Below, one piece after another: positions 52,504 through 62,203 of a DNA stretch of 64,000 bases. The stretch covers positions 341-64,340 of IMG/VR virus record IMGVR_UViG_3300048086_000017. The stretch is one strand, 5' to 3'. The DNA is from a virus. Taxonomy: Duplodnaviria; Caudoviricetes. The position numbers were made by a program, and so were the translations under genes. Numbering within the stretch: the stretch's first letter is position 1; each line of letters starts with the position of its first letter. Under the pieces are notes generated by a model. It was not told the DNA's origin. It saw only the letters and a list, made by a program, of their open reading frames with translations, and did not search any database.

Positions 52504-52790
52504 TATATTGCCTTTCTTGCTTCTCTTAACTCTTTCATCTTTGCGACCATCTCACGCCATGGCAAGGATACCGCGCCAAACGTGATAGCCAGCGCTCGCT
52601 TAGATGGGACAAGATCGTAGTGTGGGAAGCTATCAGATTGGAAGTAGGAGCGCCGTAATCCAAGTTTCGCCGCCATGGCGTGCAACTCCTCAAGATCACC
52701 ATCGGTTATCATGTGTGACCAGCGCGTACCATGTGAGCGGGCTTGTGCATTGCGTGGCATGGCCTCAAAAACCTCATCTACGTAGATCAT
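52503..52790 (-). CDS. DUF4031-like protein
   Basis: MIYVD...WSHMITD..LEELHAMAAKLGL.RSYFQ...PHYDL..SKR..A...GA. Confidence 0.85.
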   Translation of the reverse strand: MIYVDEVFEAMPRNAQARSHGTRWSHMITDGDLEELHAMAAKLGLRRSYFQSDSFPHYDLVPSKRALAITFGAVSLPWREMVAKMKELREARKAI

Positions 52791-52957
52791 ATGGTTACCT
52801 CTCCTGGTTCATCGGGTGCCTCTACAATGGCGGTGACGGCCTTGGCAACTTCCTCCCATGCGGCCTTGTCTTCATCTGATAGTTCATCCCAATCAAGCGG
52901 GTTGTATGGATTGGGGATACCACCATATTCGTAGCAATCCCGTCCTGTAATCTGCAT
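52787..52957 (-). CDS. 56-aa acidic hypothetical protein (not in ORF track)
   Basis: MQITGRDCYEYGGIPNPYNPLDWDELSDEDKAAWEEVAKA...; ATGA overlap. Confidence 0.6.
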   Translation of the reverse strand: MQITGRDCYEYGGIPNPYNPLDWDELSDEDKAAWEEVAKAVTAIVEAPDEPGEVTI

Positions 52958-52961
52958 TGTC

Positions 52962-53291
52962 TCATCCTTTCACCGGCTCAACTAACATCTCACACTCATT
53001 GCAGCGCTCACCATCTTCACTTGCAAGGGAATAGTGCGTACAGGTATGGGAGCGACAGTGAGAACACCAGAGCGCGGTTTCTGGCTTGCACAATTCACAG
53101 ATCGCATCACCCTCTCGCCCATACACGCGCAACCAGGGGCCGATCTTTGGCCCGATCTCAACATAGCGTACCTCGCGGAGTGCAAGCGCCGCTCGAAGAT
53201 GCTGGCGTAGTGGTTGCCAACCGCTTACCACATAGGTCTTATACCGATTGCCGCTCATCCGGTAGATGACCTTCCATTCAGTTGCTAGCAT
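52962..53291 (-). CDS. Zinc-finger hypothetical protein
   Basis: CELC...CSHCRSHTC..CNEC. Confidence 0.65.
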   Translation of the reverse strand: MLATEWKVIYRMSGNRYKTYVVSGWQPLRQHLRAALALREVRYVEIGPKIGPWLRVYGREGDAICELCKPETALWCSHCRSHTCTHYSLASEDGERCNECEMLVEPVKG

Positions 53292-53306
53292 GGCTTGCTC
53301 CTTTCC

Positions 53307-53486
53307 TCAAAACACGGACAACGCGAGACGGCTCAACGCCTGCTCATTCAGGTTGGGGAATAGCCCCCGACAATGGTCAAGGTACTCATCCCAACATGGC
53401 TGACAGAGCACATGGTGAACGATTGCCAGAGCAGGGCAGTGCTTACAGGTTGCCGGTTGTGGCTGTGCTTTTGTCTTTGCTTTCAT
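53307..53486 (-). CDS. 59-aa Cys protein (not in ORF track)
   Basis: RBS AAAGGA; MKAKTKAQPQPATCKHC...LCQPCWDEYLDH... Confidence 0.6.
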   Translation of the reverse strand: MKAKTKAQPQPATCKHCPALAIVHHVLCQPCWDEYLDHCRGLFPNLNEQALSRLALSVF

Positions 53487-53545
53487 GGCTTGTTCCTTTC
53501 AGGCAGGCGGGTTACGGCTCGCCTGCCTGCACTCTCTCTTGACTG

Positions 53546-54397
53546 CTAACTAGCTTTTGTGGCTCTTGCACGTTTCTCTGCTTGAAGGTCGTTGTAGAGT
53601 TTACCGGCCTTGGCTTTGGTGAGATTGTCCATTGACTCCTCTTGCTTGCCAAGCTCTTTGTAGAGGTTCGCAATTGCGTTTATTTGCGTTAGCGTCGCCA
53701 GTTGCTCACCTTGACTGGCTTCTCCTATAGCGGACCTCTCTTGACCATTCTGGCGCGTTGTAGGGGCATTCCTGCGATCTATGGAAGCCGGAACCTCTTG
53801 CGGGATCACGTCAGCCTCTATGGCATCCTCATGATCGGCTTGTCCCATCTCTTCGCGGGTATACAATCCACTGGTCTCGCAAGGAAAGGCCCGACGTAGT
53901 GCAAGCGACTCTGCACACTTTGCCAGCATAAGGTCTGGCATCTTCGCCCACAAGGTTGCAGGACTCCCATCTTTGCCCGTCTGCACATAGCTCGCATACT
54001 TCGCCACTGCCCATAACGGCTCTTTGAAGTCTGAGCGCAACACCCCAACACGCGCCGCCATTGGTGGCTTAGGGGCAAGCCACACATCGCGCCATTCGCC
54101 ATCTTCACCACACCAGAACGGGCCAATCTGCCCCGCGTACTTGTTGCTTCGCTCTGCTAAGAGGCGCATGCCATCAATGCTCACCTGGATCGTCATGCGG
54201 TTACCGTTGGCTTGCCGGTCATAGCGAGAAATGGCGTAGATTTGGCGGGCGATAGGGTCAAGGCCGGTCTGTCTGCATCGCTCAACAAACAGCGCGAATT
54301 CATCAGGGGTCACGGTTGGGGCAATCGTCCGGCGGATGAGGGATAGCCGGTCCTCGCTAAACTGCTGCCCCTGGTACGCTTGCATATCGGTACTCAT
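53546..54397 (-). CDS. bet: Phage recombination protein Bet (RecT/Redbeta family ssDNA annealase)
   Basis: [52 protein letters not shown]. Confidence 0.95.
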   Translation of the reverse strand: MSTDMQAYQGQQFSEDRLSLIRRTIAPTVTPDEFALFVERCRQTGLDPIARQIYAISRYDRQANGNRMTIQVSIDGMRLLAERSNKYAGQIGPFWCGEDGEWRDVWLAPKPPMAARVGVLRSDFKEPLWAVAKYASYVQTGKDGSPATLWAKMPDLMLAKCAESLALRRAFPCETSGLYTREEMGQADHEDAIEADVIPQEVPASIDRRNAPTTRQNGQERSAIGEASQGEQLATLTQINAIANLYKELGKQEESMDNLTKAKAGKLYNDLQAEKRARATKAS

Positions 54398-54398
54398 G

Positions 54399-54593
54399 CT
54401 ATTCGCCTTTCTCTACTTGCTTACTCGTTGGTTGATATTGGCTCAGACAGAAGAGGTAGAAGTCTACATATCGCCGCTCATACCCCTCTGCAATCAGTTC
54501 ATCGTAGATTGCGCGGCGTGTCTTCTGCTCGCCTCCATACCATAACAACTCATTCAGCACGACATCAGAGGCCAGTTGTTTCTTAGCGCTCAT
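54399..54593 (-). CDS. Hypothetical small protein
   Basis: ORF track. Confidence 0.6.
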   Translation of the reverse strand: MSAKKQLASDVVLNELLWYGGEQKTRRAIYDELIAEGYERRYVDFYLFCLSQYQPTSKQVEKGE

Positions 54594-54783
54594 GATCTTT
54601 CCTCAGCGGGTTGAAAAGGCGGTTTGGCGTGATCTGCTCAGCGACCAGATCATAACTGGGAACCTCATACCATTGAGAAGCTTTATGCAGAGCCTCCCCC
54701 ATGCTGCTCGCCTGTATTTCACCAAGGTAGCGCTTCTCATCGTCTGTATCGGCATTCTCGTAATAGATCTTGAATGTGTGCAT
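54583..54783 (-). CDS. Hypothetical small protein
   Basis: ORF track, RBS present. Confidence 0.6.
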   Translation of the reverse strand: MHTFKIYYENADTDDEKRYLGEIQASSMGEALHKASQWYEVPSYDLVAEQITPNRLFNPLRKDHER

Positions 54784-54828
54784 CTCGTATCCCGCCTTTC
54801 GCAGAGTCGCCCCTGCCCGCTTGTCGTG

Positions 54829-55098
54829 CTACGAAGAATAGCGCCCAAATTGACGCTGCAAACACCGATCACAGGCGCACGTGCGTGGGTGATTGCCTGG
54901 GTAGCGCGATCCCTGCTCTTGATAACCGCGCTCATCGGCATCTCGCCGCGCCGTCCATTCCAGGGTAGCCATCCGTTCGCGCAAATCCTCGACCTCATGA
55001 CGAAGTTCGGCTATCTCTGCGCGTAACGCTTTCTCTTGTGACGCCTTGACAATCAGGCTGGCATCACGTAGGCTCATGTGGCGTTTTATCTGTCTCAT
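54829..55098 (-). CDS. Coiled-coil protein with HxxxCxCxxC motif
   Basis: RBS AAGGAG; HPRTCACDRC. Confidence 0.6.
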   Translation of the reverse strand: MRQIKRHMSLRDASLIVKASQEKALRAEIAELRHEVEDLRERMATLEWTARRDADERGYQEQGSRYPGNHPRTCACDRCLQRQFGRYSS

Positions 55099-55116
55099 TG
55101 CTTGCTCCTTGTCGTG

Positions 55117-55692
55117 TTATTCGTCGTCTGCCATTGGGGTATCAACGCCGTCAAACTTGTTGCTCATGGCTTGCGAGCATGCTCTATTGATCCGCAGCAC
55201 GCCCTCAACTTGCAAATGCTTAAAGCGTATCTTCCCCTCATCGCTCAAGTAGTTCTCCCCCAACGCGGCCACGAACGTGAAAAAGGCTTCAAGTTCTTTC
55301 CCCAATTGCTCGCTAGAGAGGGTGCGTACCTCTTGCGCTTGTTGCATGTCGGTCAACTCAGGGATAGCGATATCGGGGGTGATACCCTCCTCGTCAGTCC
55401 AAACTTTCTCAACTTCACAGAGTGCCATGAATGCGGTGTGTGCGCCCTCCTGTGATTTGAAGAAGAGAAGGATATCATCATAACCACGCCATAGCCGCCC
55501 GATCTGTACGCCGTGTTGCGGTATCTCTTCATCATGCCATTCTACAAGTTCGTCACCTTGAACGGTGTTCTCTGTAAATTCGATCATTGCTCTTTCCTTT
55601 CTCAGATCATCTTCTATGTGAACTATCGTATCGCTCTCATCGCGCCACAGGGGAGAGACAACCTGCTCCCCTGTTCTCTGCTCATCCGACAT
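55117..55692 (-). CDS. Hypothetical acidic protein
   Basis: ORF track; abuts upstream stop. Confidence 0.65.
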   Translation of the reverse strand: MSDEQRTGEQVVSPLWRDESDTIVHIEDDLRKERAMIEFTENTVQGDELVEWHDEEIPQHGVQIGRLWRGYDDILLFFKSQEGAHTAFMALCEVEKVWTDEEGITPDIAIPELTDMQQAQEVRTLSSEQLGKELEAFFTFVAALGENYLSDEGKIRFKHLQVEGVLRINRACSQAMSNKFDGVDTPMADDE

Positions 55693-56003
55693 TACGCTAC
55701 CCGATGGTAGTCGTACATGGCGTCGTTGGCTGCGCGTTGCTCGGCTTCGCTCAGTTCATACCAGCAGACCGTTTCGATCTTGCGATTGCGGATACGGTTG
55801 ACGCCGCTGGTTGAAAGGGCAAGATTGCGGAAGAAGCGGGCGAGGTTGTGGAACGCCGTATGCTTACAGGCATGTTGGCGATAGAAGCAATCGGGGCAAT
55901 CACAGTCAGTTGCGACCCCATCGGCATTCACGGTCAAATTGTACTGCTTATCGACGTGGCTCATGCTGGCCGTCTTGCGGGTTTCGGTGATTACTGGTAG
56001 CAT
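55692..56003 (-). CDS. SWIM zinc-finger protein
   Basis: CDCPDCFYRQHACKH. Confidence 0.8.
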   Translation of the reverse strand: MLPVITETRKTASMSHVDKQYNLTVNADGVATDCDCPDCFYRQHACKHTAFHNLARFFRNLALSTSGVNRIRNRKIETVCWYELSEAEQRAANDAMYDYHRVA

Positions 56004-56069
56004 CTTCTGTGTCCTTCTAGAGAGGTGAGGGATAAAGTTGAAAGGGTGTTTCTCATCTCTCTACGAATT

Positions 56070-56138
56070 ATTTTACCATAAAACTATGGCAATGTCAAGT
56101 GTTTAGGGCTTGATTTTACCATGATTTTATGGTATTTT
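56070..56138. promoter_or_regulatory. Divergent promoters each carrying a CCAT-N6-ATGG operator
   Basis: Leftward TTGACA(56098-56093)-17-TAAAAT, operator 56076-56089; rightward TTGATT(56110)-17-TATTTT(56133), operator 56119-56132. Confidence 0.8.
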
Positions 56139-56172
56139 ATGTGTATCCAGAAAAGTCATTGAAAGGATACCC

Positions 56173-56469
56173 ATGAAGCAGATGACCGCAAGCAAACCAA
56201 CAAGGAAAACCTTTGCTCTGTTAGACAAACATAAAACTGAGATCATCGAAGAGTTGGGGGCGAAGGCGTTTGACCTGCTCTCACCCCGTCAGACACGGGA
56301 GGAATTGGATGTTGACCGAACGCGCATCCCCGATTTGGTGAGAAGGGGATGGTTAGAGGCCGCGCCCGCTGAATACAACGTTGGGCCAGCTCACTTCTAT
56401 TATCGGTGGCGCGTTGAATTCGTCAAGCGATTTAAGCGAACACACGAAACTGGTCTATCCCCCTCTTGA
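56173..56469 (+). CDS. Small HTH repressor (probable immunity/master regulator)
   Basis: LLSPRQTREELDVDRTRIPDLVRRGWL; flanked by three promoters sharing one operator. Confidence 0.7.
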   Translation: MKQMTASKPTRKTFALLDKHKTEIIEELGAKAFDLLSPRQTREELDVDRTRIPDLVRRGWLEAAPAEYNVGPAHFYYRWRVEFVKRFKRTHETGLSPS

Positions 56470-56494
56470 CATTGCCATAAAACTATGGTAAACT
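56466..56494 (+). promoter_or_regulatory. Rightward early promoter with CCATAAAACTATGG operator
   Basis: TTGACA(56466)-17-TAAACT(56489), operator 56475-56488. Confidence 0.85.
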
Positions 56495-56539
56495 AAAAAA
56501 AACATGAAAGAGAGTTGAGTCAAGAGAAGGAGCAATGAG

Positions 56540-57136
56540 ATGAAGAACAATAAAAGCACCAAGCGAGAGCAAGCCCCGAAGCTGTGGACGCCGCCAACCG
56601 CTGCGAATATCGCACCACTAGCAGAGCAGCTTACAGCACTTTCCGCTGACGCTCCCCGCTTCGTCGTTATCGAGAAGGGCTATGGCACCTACAAAGAGCA
56701 AGGCTACGCGGTCTATGACCGCAAAGAGCAAAAGGTTACACGTGCCGATCATTCCCCATATACCACCTGGAATGATGTTCATCAAGAGCGTGCCCATGCC
56801 GAAGAAGAAGCGGCCACATGCAATGCTCAGGCACCGAAAGAGATTGAGGTGGATATGGGCATCCTCGGAATTCTGGTCGAGACAGAGAAGGATTGGGAGA
56901 ACAGATTTGAAACTCCTTTGCCAGAACCGACTCCCCCACAAGCAGAAGAGGAAACGGTTTTTGTGAGTGACGAGCCTCGTCAAGTCGGCGATGAGATCAC
57001 TGATCGATACGGACACATCTACGTCGCTATTGAAGCCTCTTGGTATCTCTCTGAGCGCGACATTGCAGACCTGGAGGATCAGGATGTACTCGGAGCTGCT
57101 GTTGGTTGGCAAACGAAAGCGAAGCTGAAAGGCTAG
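56540..57136 (+). CDS. Hypothetical acidic early protein
   Basis: RBS AAGGAG; first gene after promoter. Confidence 0.7.
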   Translation: MKNNKSTKREQAPKLWTPPTAANIAPLAEQLTALSADAPRFVVIEKGYGTYKEQGYAVYDRKEQKVTRADHSPYTTWNDVHQERAHAEEEAATCNAQAPKEIEVDMGILGILVETEKDWENRFETPLPEPTPPQAEEETVFVSDEPRQVGDEITDRYGHIYVAIEASWYLSERDIADLEDQDVLGAAVGWQTKAKLKG

Positions 57137-57274
57137 AGCTTAGATGCTAACAGCGTGTAAGCCGCATTTCTTGAATAAATCAGTAGAACCTCCTAAGAAT
57201 TTCGTAATGTGTTCGGATATCGTTTGAAAGAGAACCCGCTACACTGATAGCAAACACAAGAAAGGATACCCATC

Positions 57275-57496
57275 ATGACGAAGACCAACAACCAAAACAA
57301 TCTTGAAGCTGAATACGCAGAGCGAGCACGTAGAGAGGCACAATTCGAGCAGGACTATGGAGGGACTGGAGAGGGCAGCGCGTACCACATGACGGTTGCT
57401 CAGGTGGTCGAGTTGGAGAAACAGTATGGCTTGTATTGCGGCATTTGCCAGCATGGCAACGGCTGTGAGCATGGCGTTCCAGCCAGCCGCTCCTAA
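57275..57496 (+). CDS. Small protein with C-terminal zinc motif
   Basis: YCGICQHGNGCEH; RBS AAAGGA. Confidence 0.65.
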   Translation: MTKTNNQNNLEAEYAERARREAQFEQDYGGTGEGSAYHMTVAQVVELEKQYGLYCGICQHGNGCEHGVPASRS

Positions 57497-57718
57497 CCAC
57501 CCATCCATCCCACCAACGCCGTCAGCCTTGCGCTCGCGGCGTTTCTTCTTGCCTGTACGCTCGCCTTCTTGTACAACATCACCTCAGCATGCACTTTTCG
57601 CCTCATCCTACTTGCTTCTTAAATCGAGTACAATCAATTGACAGATCAACACATAATAATGTAGAGTAGGGGTGTACATTGTCTTGATTGTTCGTGTAGT
57701 TGTGGATGGGAATTTCGC

Positions 57719-57985
57719 ATGGTACTACTCCATTTGTTCTTCGCATGGCTTGTGCGCAAGGCGCATCTTTGCCTCGTGCGGCGTCGTATTTCGCGTCACA
57801 CCGAGCCATTGCCTGCTTTTACCGCTGCCCCCTTGCTGACCGATGAAGAGTGCCATGCTGCACAGATTGCCGCAGGCAATAATGGCTATCACTTTGGGCC
57901 TGAACTGCTCAGCATGATTGAATTGCGCAATGCCGCACGTGAGCAAGGCTTATCCATGAGGAGGAGTGATGAGCATTTTGTTTGA
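57719..57985 (+). CDS. Hypothetical protein
   Basis: ORF track. Confidence 0.5.
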   Translation: MVLLHLFFAWLVRKAHLCLVRRRISRHTEPLPAFTAAPLLTDEECHAAQIAAGNNGYHFGPELLSMIELRNAAREQGLSMRRSDEHFV

Positions 57986-58427
57986 TGCCGTACTCCCACT
58001 TCCCCCGTCGGTAAATAGGCGCGTTCTTATCACCCGATATGGCGGGCGCGAGCATCCATCTGTCACAGCGTACAAGTGGCTGTGTAAAGAGCCGCTACGC
58101 ACCGCCTACCGTGACGAGCAAGCCATCCTCCAGGCTCGTCACGGTCATGCATGGCTGAAAGTCGCCATGCGCTTCCTTCTCCCCGTCGAGAGAGACAAAC
58201 AAGGCCGTATCCAATTTGAGATACGCGACCTGGACAATATGGTTCAGGTTCCCTTGAACATCCTCAAAATTGAACTAGGGATCGACGACGCACGTGTTGT
58301 TGATCTCCTCTCTTGTAAACGCCCACTATCGCCCGGCGCGGAGGCTTCGCTGCGGGTCGTGGTAGAGGATTTGGAGGACTTCTATGCAGACGCCCACCAC
58401 AACATTCGATCTCATCATTGTGCTTAG
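57966..58427 (+). CDS. RusA-like Holliday junction resolvase
   Basis: LPLPPSVN...RDLDNMV....LK..LGIDDARVV. Confidence 0.85.
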   Translation: MMSILFDAVLPLPPSVNRRVLITRYGGREHPSVTAYKWLCKEPLRTAYRDEQAILQARHGHAWLKVAMRFLLPVERDKQGRIQFEIRDLDNMVQVPLNILKIELGIDDARVVDLLSCKRPLSPGAEASLRVVVEDLEDFYADAHHNIRSHHCA

Positions 58428-58839
58428 GCAGCAAATCATTGCGGTTGAGCAAGAGCAGTTTGAATGGCGGCAACGGTTACGCCGCATGCGTGAAAGTTAC
58501 GCGCAACGGCAGACACCCGACGCGCTAGAACAACATGCATTCGCACGTGCTACAGCGCGGCAAGAACTGAAGTTTTACCAGGAGCGGGTATTGCTCCTGA
58601 CCAACATCATCGCCTGCAATGATCTGGCCTATGTTGGGGAGTTGAATGCGGCAGCACCAATCAGGCGGAAGGGCGCAGAAGCGCAGACACAGCAGAACAT
58701 GACGCTTGCCGTTGCTGAGAAACGGCATCAAGCCCCCATGGCGAAGATCGACACCTCGCACGAACTGGCCGCCGTTGAGGTGACAGAGAAGCGAGCCGTG
58801 ACGCTGGTCACGTTCAGAGATGAGGCATTTGTCCTGTAA
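58384..58839 (+). CDS. Hypothetical coiled-coil protein
   Basis: ORF track, RBS GGAGG. Confidence 0.65.
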   Translation: MQTPTTTFDLIIVLRQQIIAVEQEQFEWRQRLRRMRESYAQRQTPDALEQHAFARATARQELKFYQERVLLLTNIIACNDLAYVGELNAAAPIRRKGAEAQTQQNMTLAVAEKRHQAPMAKIDTSHELAAVEVTEKRAVTLVTFRDEAFVL

Positions 58840-58862
58840 TCAGGGGTAGAGAAGAGACATGA

Positions 58863-59144
58863 GTGAACCTTTTAGCAACGATCACGCGGCAATGGGCGCA
58901 TTGGAGAGGACACCGGCACGCACCGACTATTCTCTTCCCACCGCGAGCAGGGCGGTATTTCAGGCGCATACGCATGCAGGATTGCCGAGAACAGATTGGC
59001 ATGGGTGCTCTCTTCGCCTTGCAAGAACCCGACGAGGATGAGGAGATTGCATCGGCAGACCCACACGCAACGAAGCCGATCACGCGAAACATCTGGAGTG
59101 TATTCGTCACAAAGCCCTTACCGTTCACCAGGAAATTGGAGTAA
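58863..59144 (+). CDS. Hypothetical protein
   Basis: ORF track. Confidence 0.5.
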   Translation: MNLLATITRQWAHWRGHRHAPTILFPPRAGRYFRRIRMQDCREQIGMGALFALQEPDEDEEIASADPHATKPITRNIWSVFVTKPLPFTRKLE

Positions 59145-59289
59145 ATAAACCCTACCATTGTGAAGGCCCCTGGAAGGGGCAAGAGAGGGCATGAAAATGA
59201 GATGCCCATTTCCCCGTTTCGATCACTGGAGAGGCATTCTTGACACGTGGCGCGATCACCACGCGGTATCCTGATTGGAGGACAAAACC

Positions 59290-59514
59290 ATGAACAAGTG
59301 CAGCGGGTGCGGCAAAGATTTTCGTTCTGGCGGCGCATTTGAGATGCATCGCATTGGCAAGTTTGAGCCGAAGCCTGGGCAAGAGGGACGCCGATGCATG
59401 ACCACCGATGAGATGATTGCCGCCGGGATGCAACAGGACGGCAAGGGGACATGGCGCGGGCCAGCAAACCCCTATTTTCAGAAAAAGACAGCGAAAGAAA
59501 TGAGCGACGAATAA
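59290..59514 (+). CDS. Small zinc-binding protein (CxxC...FxxHR type)
   Basis: KCSGCGKDF....AFEMHRIG...RRCMT.DEM...GM; RBS GGAGG. Confidence 0.75.
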   Translation: MNKCSGCGKDFRSGGAFEMHRIGKFEPKPGQEGRRCMTTDEMIAAGMQQDGKGTWRGPANPYFQKKTAKEMSDE

Positions 59515-59667
59515 GCTGAACCATATGTTGAGGCGTACAGGTGCCATAGCGCACGAATTTGAAAGCTGCGCCAATTATACCGCTCATCCATTTGAGCGGC
59601 ACTCTTGACCCGTATAGGTGGCAAAGAACAGCATTCCTGATTGGGTATGCGGGAAAGGAAAATTTTC

Positions 59668-60027
59668 ATGTTGACAACTAAACCGGCTCCTTGCCTATCG
59701 CCTCTTGCTGATGCTGACGTGCTGGCCTATCTGGCCAGTAAGCAATCCCATGAGGTGATTGGATACTGCGCTGATGCGGGCAGATGCGTCATTGCAGAGG
59801 CATACACGCACCGATATGGCCTAGAAGTCTTTGCTGACGAGGATGATTTTTATGGAGGCGTTCTCATCAAGTATCCTGAGCGAACGTCGTGCTCACTCAC
59901 GCCCATGATGGTCAACATGCTGCACATCTTTGACCATCTTGAGAGGCCAGGGATGCCCATCCTCAAATCGGCCTTCGTGACGGCCTGGGATGCGTTCAAG
60001 GTGCGCAAATGGAGGACGGGCAAATGA
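59668..60027 (+). CDS. Hypothetical protein
   Basis: RBS AAAGGA. Confidence 0.6.
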   Translation: MLTTKPAPCLSPLADADVLAYLASKQSHEVIGYCADAGRCVIAEAYTHRYGLEVFADEDDFYGGVLIKYPERTSCSLTPMMVNMLHIFDHLERPGMPILKSAFVTAWDAFKVRKWRTGK

Positions 60028-60212
60028 CCTATGCACCCGGCGCATGCTGCTACATCAAAGCGTGCAAGAGCCGTGCCAACCTCAAAATCCAGCGCATCGG
60101 CGGGAAGTGGCAATGGATTTGCTTGCTGTGTTGGGCCAATCTCATGCGCCAACGTGACGAAGAGGTACACGTAACAATACAAGATACACAAGTAGAAAGT
60201 GAAACGAAATGA
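60024..60212 (+). CDS. Small Cys-rich protein
   Basis: CCYIKAC...ICLLC; ATGA overlaps. Confidence 0.6.
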   Translation: MTYAPGACCYIKACKSRANLKIQRIGGKWQWICLLCWANLMRQRDEEVHVTIQDTQVESETK

Positions 60213-60424
60213 AAAAATATGCGGCAAAGAACAACCCGCCCGACGACTCACCAGACGCGCTATTGACCATTCATGAGGTGGCGACCATCTTTCGCGTTGA
60301 CGATACCACCGCCCGCCGTTGGGTGCAACAAGGGGCACTAGAGGCTATTAGCTTACCACATCTGCGAAAACGAACCGCATACAGAATACGGCGGGCAACC
60401 ATTAACACCATATTGGATAAATAA
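60209..60424 (+). CDS. Excisionase-like HTH_17 DNA-binding protein
   Basis: LLTIHEVATIFRVDDTTARRWVQQGALEA...AYRI. Confidence 0.88.
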   Translation: MKKYAAKNNPPDDSPDALLTIHEVATIFRVDDTTARRWVQQGALEAISLPHLRKRTAYRIRRATINTILDK

Positions 60425-60426
60425 TC

Positions 60427-60774
60427 ATGATAGAACCAGCAGTAGCCCACATACCAGCACTCACGCAAGAAATGAGGGCAAGAGAGAGTATTGCAGAACT
60501 GTTTCGCACTTTATCTAATCCGCCACGCATCGCTATGCTAGAACTCTTACTTGAGTATGGGATGCCTTCCGGTATTGAAGTGCTCGACGCCCTGGCTGAA
60601 CGGGGTTATCCGTTAGCACAGCCCACCATCGCCTATCATCTGGGCCGGTTAGAAGCGCTCGGACTTGTTCGGGGGGAGAAGGCAACAGGAAAGTATGCAC
60701 TACAAAGAGTTTTTCGTCCTTTGCCCAGAGTACGTAGAGGGGTTGCTCGCCGCTGTCCGTGCTCCCCGTGTTGA
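60427..60774 (+). CDS. ArsR/SmtB-family wHTH regulator
   Basis: FRTLSNPPRIAMLELL...QPTIAYHLGRLEALGLV. Confidence 0.85.
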   Translation: MIEPAVAHIPALTQEMRARESIAELFRTLSNPPRIAMLELLLEYGMPSGIEVLDALAERGYPLAQPTIAYHLGRLEALGLVRGEKATGKYALQRVFRPLPRVRRGVARRCPCSPC

Positions 60775-60816
60775 GTTCATCCCTCCCGTGCTTCACCCAG
60801 ACGAGTGGAGGGAGCC

Positions 60817-61176
60817 ATGATCTGCCCAGTTGAGGCGCCCACCGTGATTTCAGAGGATGAGATTGAACGCAGTGCCGCCATCTTTGCCGCGCTGGCATCG
60901 GGTATTCGCGTCACGATCTTGCACTACCTGCTTGCACATAGGGAAGCCACCGTCACGGATATTCACCGCTTCCTTGGCATCACGCAATCGAATACATCGC
61001 AGCAGTTATGGCACCTCGCACAAGCAAAGATCGTGAAATCGCGCAGGGTAGGAACCTACCGCTGGTATTCCTGCTGCGATCCCGACGACGTGCGCACTCT
61101 GCTTACCATCGCAGGGAGACCAGCAAAGGAGGGGAGACGCATTGACCTCTTCCGAACGCCAGAACCCGCATTCTGA
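60817..61176 (+). CDS. ArsR/SmtB-family wHTH regulator
   Basis: FAALASGIRVTILHYL...QSNTSQQLWHLAQAKIVKSRRVG.YRWY. Confidence 0.88.
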   Translation: MICPVEAPTVISEDEIERSAAIFAALASGIRVTILHYLLAHREATVTDIHRFLGITQSNTSQQLWHLAQAKIVKSRRVGTYRWYSCCDPDDVRTLLTIAGRPAKEGRRIDLFRTPEPAF

Positions 61177-61513
61177 CATCCCACCCAACGCGTCCTATTC
61201 GCGCCGTCTCATCCGCTGCGGGCGCCGTAACTGCCCATCCTGCACACACGGCGGTGATGGGCATGGCCCATACTGGTATGCGTACTGGCAAGAGAACGGG
61301 CGAGCCTGCCACCGCTACATCGGCCTGAGATTGCCCGCCTGTGTACCGGAAGAGCAGATTAGCGCCCTCAGTCTCTCCTATGGCGAGATGCTGGTTATCA
61401 TGAAAATCTTGAGGAAAGCGGGCGATACCGTCATCTGTAAAAAGATCGGGCGATACATTGAGACGCGGACACAGTACCTCTTTCTTGCAAGGGCGATACC
61501 AGAAGAGGAATAG
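61142..61513 (+). CDS. DUF6788-like zinc-binding protein
   Basis: RCGRRNCPSCTHGGDGHGPYWY...YIG. Confidence 0.8.
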   Translation: MTSSERQNPHSDIPPNASYSRRLIRCGRRNCPSCTHGGDGHGPYWYAYWQENGRACHRYIGLRLPACVPEEQISALSLSYGEMLVIMKILRKAGDTVICKKIGRYIETRTQYLFLARAIPEEE

Positions 61514-61670
61514 CAAAAAGCCTCTCAATAGCATCCGAGAGGCTTCTCACTTGTGGAAGTGAATGGTAGCTAAGGGAATGAATACCTTCACATCTTACCA
61601 TATCAATGAGAATTTGTCATGAAGAGAGCAGATCATAGGACAAAAAGGCTACCAAAGGAGAGAAAGAACG

Positions 61671-61907
61671 ATGAAGCATGGAACAATCAGACGACCAGCA
61701 CGATTACCACGCGAGATTATCGCCACTATCGAGCATGAATACCCGCTGATTGCTTTCTTCTCTTGGCGCGGCATGTGCATCCCACGCGCTATCGTGGAAT
61801 TGCCACCCGATGACGCGCTAGCACTGCGGACAGCAGTTGAAACGCGCATACAAGAATTGGTCATGAGCCACGCTCAGGCAGGCAAGCGAAAAGAGGTACA
61901 ATTATGA
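61671..61907 (+). CDS. Hypothetical protein
   Basis: RBS AAGGAG. Confidence 0.65.
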   Translation: MKHGTIRRPARLPREIIATIEHEYPLIAFFSWRGMCIPRAIVELPPDDALALRTAVETRIQELVMSHAQAGKRKEVQL

Positions 61908-62203
61908 CAACAGAACCAGGGTCTCACCGCAATCTCAACCGTGTGGCACCCATGACACATGACATGTCACTGACCGAGTATGCCATCCTGCTTGAACAGC
62001 AGACGAAGCAAACGGCGCTCATGCTTGACTTGCTGGCGGGCATGTCGCAGAAACAGGACATGATTGTGTTAGGGGTGACAGGTGAGCAAGCGACAAAGTA
62101 CGCGCAAGAGATCATTGCACGGTTGCGCGGTATGCAACTACAACTGATGCTCTATAGCGAGCAGTTAGCGCAGTTGATGAGGATACAGGAGACAGAACAG
62201 TGA
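61904..62203 (+). CDS. Hypothetical protein
   Basis: Overlaps; ORF track. Confidence 0.65.
   Translation: MTTEPGSHRNLNRVAPMTHDMSLTEYAILLEQQTKQTALMLDLLAGMSQKQDMIVLGVTGEQATKYAQEIIARLRGMQLQLMLYSEQLAQLMRIQETEQ

Noticed and set aside
58814-59602. Long antisense ORFs in the track (e.g. 58814-59602, 1895-2572, 18782-19429, 36304-36942)
   Set aside because: They overlap well-supported genes on the opposite strand and lack RBSs or motifs; treated as shadows.
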